NCBI GenBank assembly: GCA_050951805.1
Contig: JBMNJT010000008.1
Coordinates: 192,001 to 256,000, forward strand
Direction of reading: 5' to 3'
Source: Bacillota bacterium
Lineage (GTDB): Bacteria; Bacillota; DTU025
DNA length: 64,000 bases
This document shows, one piece after another, positions 59,101 through 64,000 of the stretch. A program made the position numbers and the translations under genes. How positions within the stretch are numbered: the stretch's first letter is position 1; each line of letters starts with the position of its first letter. The notes beneath the pieces were generated by a model. The model had not been told where the DNA came from, searched no databases, and saw only the letters and a program-made list of their open reading frames with translations.

Positions 59101-60540
59101 ATGGAGAGATACTCGCCTGTAGAAGCCTGGAACGTGCTGAAAAAGAGTTTTCGTCTTGCCTACGAGCGCCTCGGCATGGTAGTGCTCATGAGCGTGATAT
59201 GGTACTTTGCCACATTTACCACTGTTTTTATTTCTGGCCCCACAGTATGGGCGATTCCAATCTTTGCTGTCGTTGCTGCTCCACTTCACATGGCGATAAT
59301 GTACTGTGGAAACCTGGCGGCGCATCGCGAAGACGCAGGATTGAAAGAACTGTGGCAGGGTTACAAGAAGTTTTGGACAAGGGCGGCTTTGCTTGGAGCG
59401 ATACACTCGGCTGTCATTCTGATTCTATGGATAGACATACAGGTGCTTCTTGGGACGGACAGTTCTTTGATGAGATTCTTGTCGGGGGTCTGGGTATATC
59501 TCAGCATCTTTGTTGGACTTCTGTTCATGTACGCCTACCCCATAATAGTGGAACAGGACACGACTGTTTGGAAATCGATACGTAGGGCAGTGATACTGAT
59601 ACTTGATAACCCAGCGTACACGTTCGCTGTGGGACTGTTGGCGGCCGTTTTCTTCGCTGCGGGTGTCTTGCCGACCATAGGGATCCTGGCCGGCAACAAG
59701 ACTGCAGGCTATTTCATGATAATTGGCTTATCCCTTTATGCTGGATTTGCTTCGATTTACCGAAACCTTGCTACAGTAAGAGCGCTCCAGAGATACGATG
59801 CGGCAAGGATGAGTGGACGAGAAAAACTTGCAAGAGAATTGGAGGTGGAGAAAATGGCCCAACTGGCTAATGTGAACGGGCATTCGTCTTCAGATGGTCA
59901 GGTGGCCATTACATGGTTTGGACATGCCTGCTTCATGATCCAGACCGGCGCTGGGCTGAGGATACTGACTGATCCTTTCGATGAAAGGGTGGGCTACGAG
60001 CTTCCCGCAGTTGAAGCCGACGTGGTTACAGTGAGCCATGATCATTTCGACCATAACTGCGTAAAGGTTGTGAAGGGACTTCCCAAGGTTCTCACCGGCG
60101 AAGTCGACGAGACCATCGGGACTGCGCGGATTAGGGGGATAAAGACGTTCCACGATACGAAGTCTGGGGCGTTGCGCGGCCTCAACACGGTCTTTGTTAT
60201 AGAGACGGATGGGATCTCCATTTGCCATGCAGGCGATCTGGGGCACATACCTTCCGCCGATACGATGGACAAGATAGGCGATGTTGATGTGTTGCTCGTG
60301 CCTGTAGGCGGGACATACACTCTGGATGGCGATGGAGCTCTTGAGTTCGTGAGAAAGCTTTCTCCCAAGATCGTAGTGCCCATGCACTATCAGACGCCTG
60401 CGCTCAAGATGGAACTGGACGGGCCCGAATTCTTCCTGTCGCAGATTTCCCACGTTGAGCAAGCCCCTGGCCGGACTTACGTGATAAGCGCGTCAGAACT
60501 CCCGCGAGAACTGACTGCGGTGTTGGTCAATTACGAGTAG
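59101..60540 (+). CDS. Fusion of a DUF624/YesL-like membrane protein and an MBL-fold metallo-hydrolase
   Basis: About 6 TM segments then WFGHACF, TDPF, SHDHFDHN, HAGDLG, PVGG, PMHY; internal GGAGGTG RBS and ATG at 59854. Confidence 0.8.
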   Translation: MERYSPVEAWNVLKKSFRLAYERLGMVVLMSVIWYFATFTTVFISGPTVWAIPIFAVVAAPLHMAIMYCGNLAAHREDAGLKELWQGYKKFWTRAALLGAIHSAVILILWIDIQVLLGTDSSLMRFLSGVWVYLSIFVGLLFMYAYPIIVEQDTTVWKSIRRAVILILDNPAYTFAVGLLAAVFFAAGVLPTIGILAGNKTAGYFMIIGLSLYAGFASIYRNLATVRALQRYDAARMSGREKLARELEVEKMAQLANVNGHSSSDGQVAITWFGHACFMIQTGAGLRILTDPFDERVGYELPAVEADVVTVSHDHFDHNCVKVVKGLPKVLTGEVDETIGTARIRGIKTFHDTKSGALRGLNTVFVIETDGISICHAGDLGHIPSADTMDKIGDVDVLLVPVGGTYTLDGDGALEFVRKLSPKIVVPMHYQTPALKMELDGPEFFLSQISHVEQAPGRTYVISASELPRELTAVLVNYE

Positions 60541-61409
60541 TCGTCTACAGGATTGTGGCCGAAGAAAAACGAGCGTCAAATCGCCGGCGCGCTTTTGCAA
60601 TCGAGGGCGAGAATGGGTTCCACAGCTTTCGATGTGGTCACAACCGGTCACTGTTCCGGCAGAGATGACCAGGGAATCTATGGCATACTGAGACGGTTTC
60701 AGGCAATCGACAACTATACGGAAACGCATAAGCCTATGTATTGGATCGGCGGGAGGGAAAATGTCTAGGCCTTGGTCAGCCTATGTTCAAAGACTGATTA
60801 CTTGCGGTTGCGACGTGGCTAGAGGCTGGATAGCTTTGCTGACGAGTCCTGTTTTTTGTATCTTGGTCCGACGCAGCGCCGATTTCTTTGTCTGCCACAT
60901 GGTCGAAAAGACTGATAGACCGGCAATAACGTGTCTGAGAAATTGCCGCAAAGTAGCGACCTGCCTGCGATGAGTCCATGGGCAGTACTTATGGCGCTTC
61001 AGATCGTGTGCGACTGAGGTGAAAGACAGCTCAGGCACCCGACTAGGTAACTTCCGACAGTTGTTGCGCTATCGGTTAGCCTGCCATATGATGTCTGCTA
61101 GGCGTAGACACATCTTTGCACCTGTGTCGCAGTGCGGTAATCGGTTCGCATTTGTACATCGACAACGTACGCATCTTGGCCTTAGCCATAGACGCTCGCA
61201 GCATTCAGCCGCGCCGGGATATGATCCCGGGGGCAAAGCCAGGGTAGATCGAAATCCCGGTTCGACGCTCGCAGGCAACCGTCTTCTTTACAACCACGAA
61301 AGCGACGCGTATGCGCTCCCGACCGTGAGATCCGTGTGAGCGCTCCGGCAGTCTATGCATTCAACACACTCATATGAAAGGGCAACTTGGGCCTGCCTTC
61401 AGCGAATGT

Positions 61410-61676
61410 GTCTATTATTTAGTCGCTTTTCGGGCGCGGGTGTCTAAGTCTTAGACTGGCCCCGTCTAGATTTTAGCCGCTTGAAGTCGGGAGGCAATCT
61501 TAGGCAGGGATAATCCGGAAGCTAATGGCATAAGGGGTCAGTTTCCGGGGATAAATGACTATGCAGGAGTGCGTATACCCATATATTGGCTTGGAGCGCA
61601 GGCAAGTGTCTAAGTTTTAGACCGCTACCGTCTAGTTTTTGAACGCTTTGCGATCGCAAATGTCTAAAAATTGGAC
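61410..61676. repeat. Array of six 15-bp palindromes, consensus GTCTAAnnnTTAGAC
   Basis: Boxes start at 61410, 61442, 61464, 61608, 61630 and 61662. Confidence 0.85.
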
Positions 61677-62078
61677 TGGTCTGCAAAACCTGCTTGCCCC
61701 CGCGGTGAACCTTGGCTGGCTCCACGCCGCACGGCGCTTCCCTAGGCTTCTACCGAAGGCCAAATTTACAAGTAAAAGACCTTAGCAGTCCCTCAGCGGC
61801 AGTACAAACTCGAGGGGCAGAGATTTGTTGCGGTCTACTTAGTCCTGTGATTGCCTTATCGGTAGTGAAACACATGTTGCTTGCAGCCTGTTCAGCGTCT
61901 TCCTCACTTATTGAACGTTATCGCCTTTTGTAATACTTGCATTATGCTCGAGATGCTTCTCATGGAGAACGTGCTTTCGTCATCCGAAGCCTTGCTGGCT
62001 GTGGCTTGAGAGGGGTTAGCGGATGGTTGGACCCGAGGCAAAAAGCGCAGCACAAAAACTCAAAGAAGTTCAGCCATG

Positions 62079-62107
62079 TTGTGAAAGTCAAATCCTAGTG
62101 ATATAAT
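62079..62107 (+). promoter_or_regulatory. SigA-type promoter of pyrG
   Basis: TTGTGA-N17-TATAAT with extended TG. Confidence 0.65.
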
Positions 62108-62148
62108 ACGAACTCGGTTAGTGGACATCCGGTAGAGGAGGCAGCTAG

Positions 62149-63762
<1,614 letters not shown>

Positions 63763-63830
63763 GCGCAGCTTATAGTCGTCATGGAATGAATGTGCTGTGG
63801 AAATAATGGTTAGTGAGGTTGCTTCGCCGG

Positions 63831-63856
63831 AGGATTTTGTTGTTGCTGTGGCGAAT
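63831..63856 (+). promoter_or_regulatory. SigH-like promoter for a gene beyond the window
   Basis: AGGATTT...GAAT with AGGA-N18-GAAT spacing. Confidence 0.45.
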
Positions 63857-64000
63857 AGCGTCTCTGTGACATGTTGAGGACCTTCGCGATCAAGCTAATG
63901 CTTCAAGCAAGTCTCATCACTAAAACCAATAGTATGCCCAATCAAATAGCCTCAATAGAAGTTCCCTTAGCGCACGGCGGTAGCCTGCGCGCCGGATGGC

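Noticed and set aside
61526-61540. Sigma54 promoter TGGCAT in the core of the palindrome array
   Set aside because: The -12 position reads GTCA instead of TTGC.
61410-61676. Palindrome array as a CRISPR array or MITE
   Set aside because: Repeats are only 15 bp with 7, 17 and 129 bp gaps, no cas genes are present, and I found no TG...CA termini or target duplication.
61750-61930. Minus-strand remnant of a sigma54 activator C-terminus (ISEEDAEQA...KFGLR)
   Set aside because: The resemblance is too weak to support without a profile search.

Overview
Chromosomal window from an anaerobic, probably spore-forming Firmicute (Bacillota) with moderately high GC. Intact genes: ldh, a Ski2/HelY-like RNA helicase, a complete selenocysteine locus (selC-selD(Sec)-selA-selB), a cobalamin riboswitch with btuFCD-cobO, pgm-htrA-rlmH-thyX, MFS-darA, a Rex-controlled hfsABC-like sensory plus HydABC bifurcating [FeFe]-hydrogenase cluster, spoIID-like/ECF sigma/degV, tRNA-Arg(CCG), a divergent Spo0A-family regulator, a nine-gene Na+-type V/A-ATPase operon, argS, a DUF624-MBL fusion and pyrG. 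Two complete IS elements with recognisable ends each interrupt a pseudogene: IS1182-like (CTAG duplication) and IS256 (8-bp duplication). Several intergenic stretches hold decayed gene remnants. The most unusual observations are a mirror-symmetric, helically phased array of six GTCTAAnnnTTAGAC palindromes upstream of pyrG, a 38-aa insertion splitting the ThyX active-site motif, a Spo0A homologue with an altered recognition helix, a catalytically degenerate membrane M28 pseudopeptidase, and a CobO with a Cys-cluster insertion. No CRISPR array, rRNA or prophage was seen. All family assignments are from motif recognition by eye; no database searches were run.
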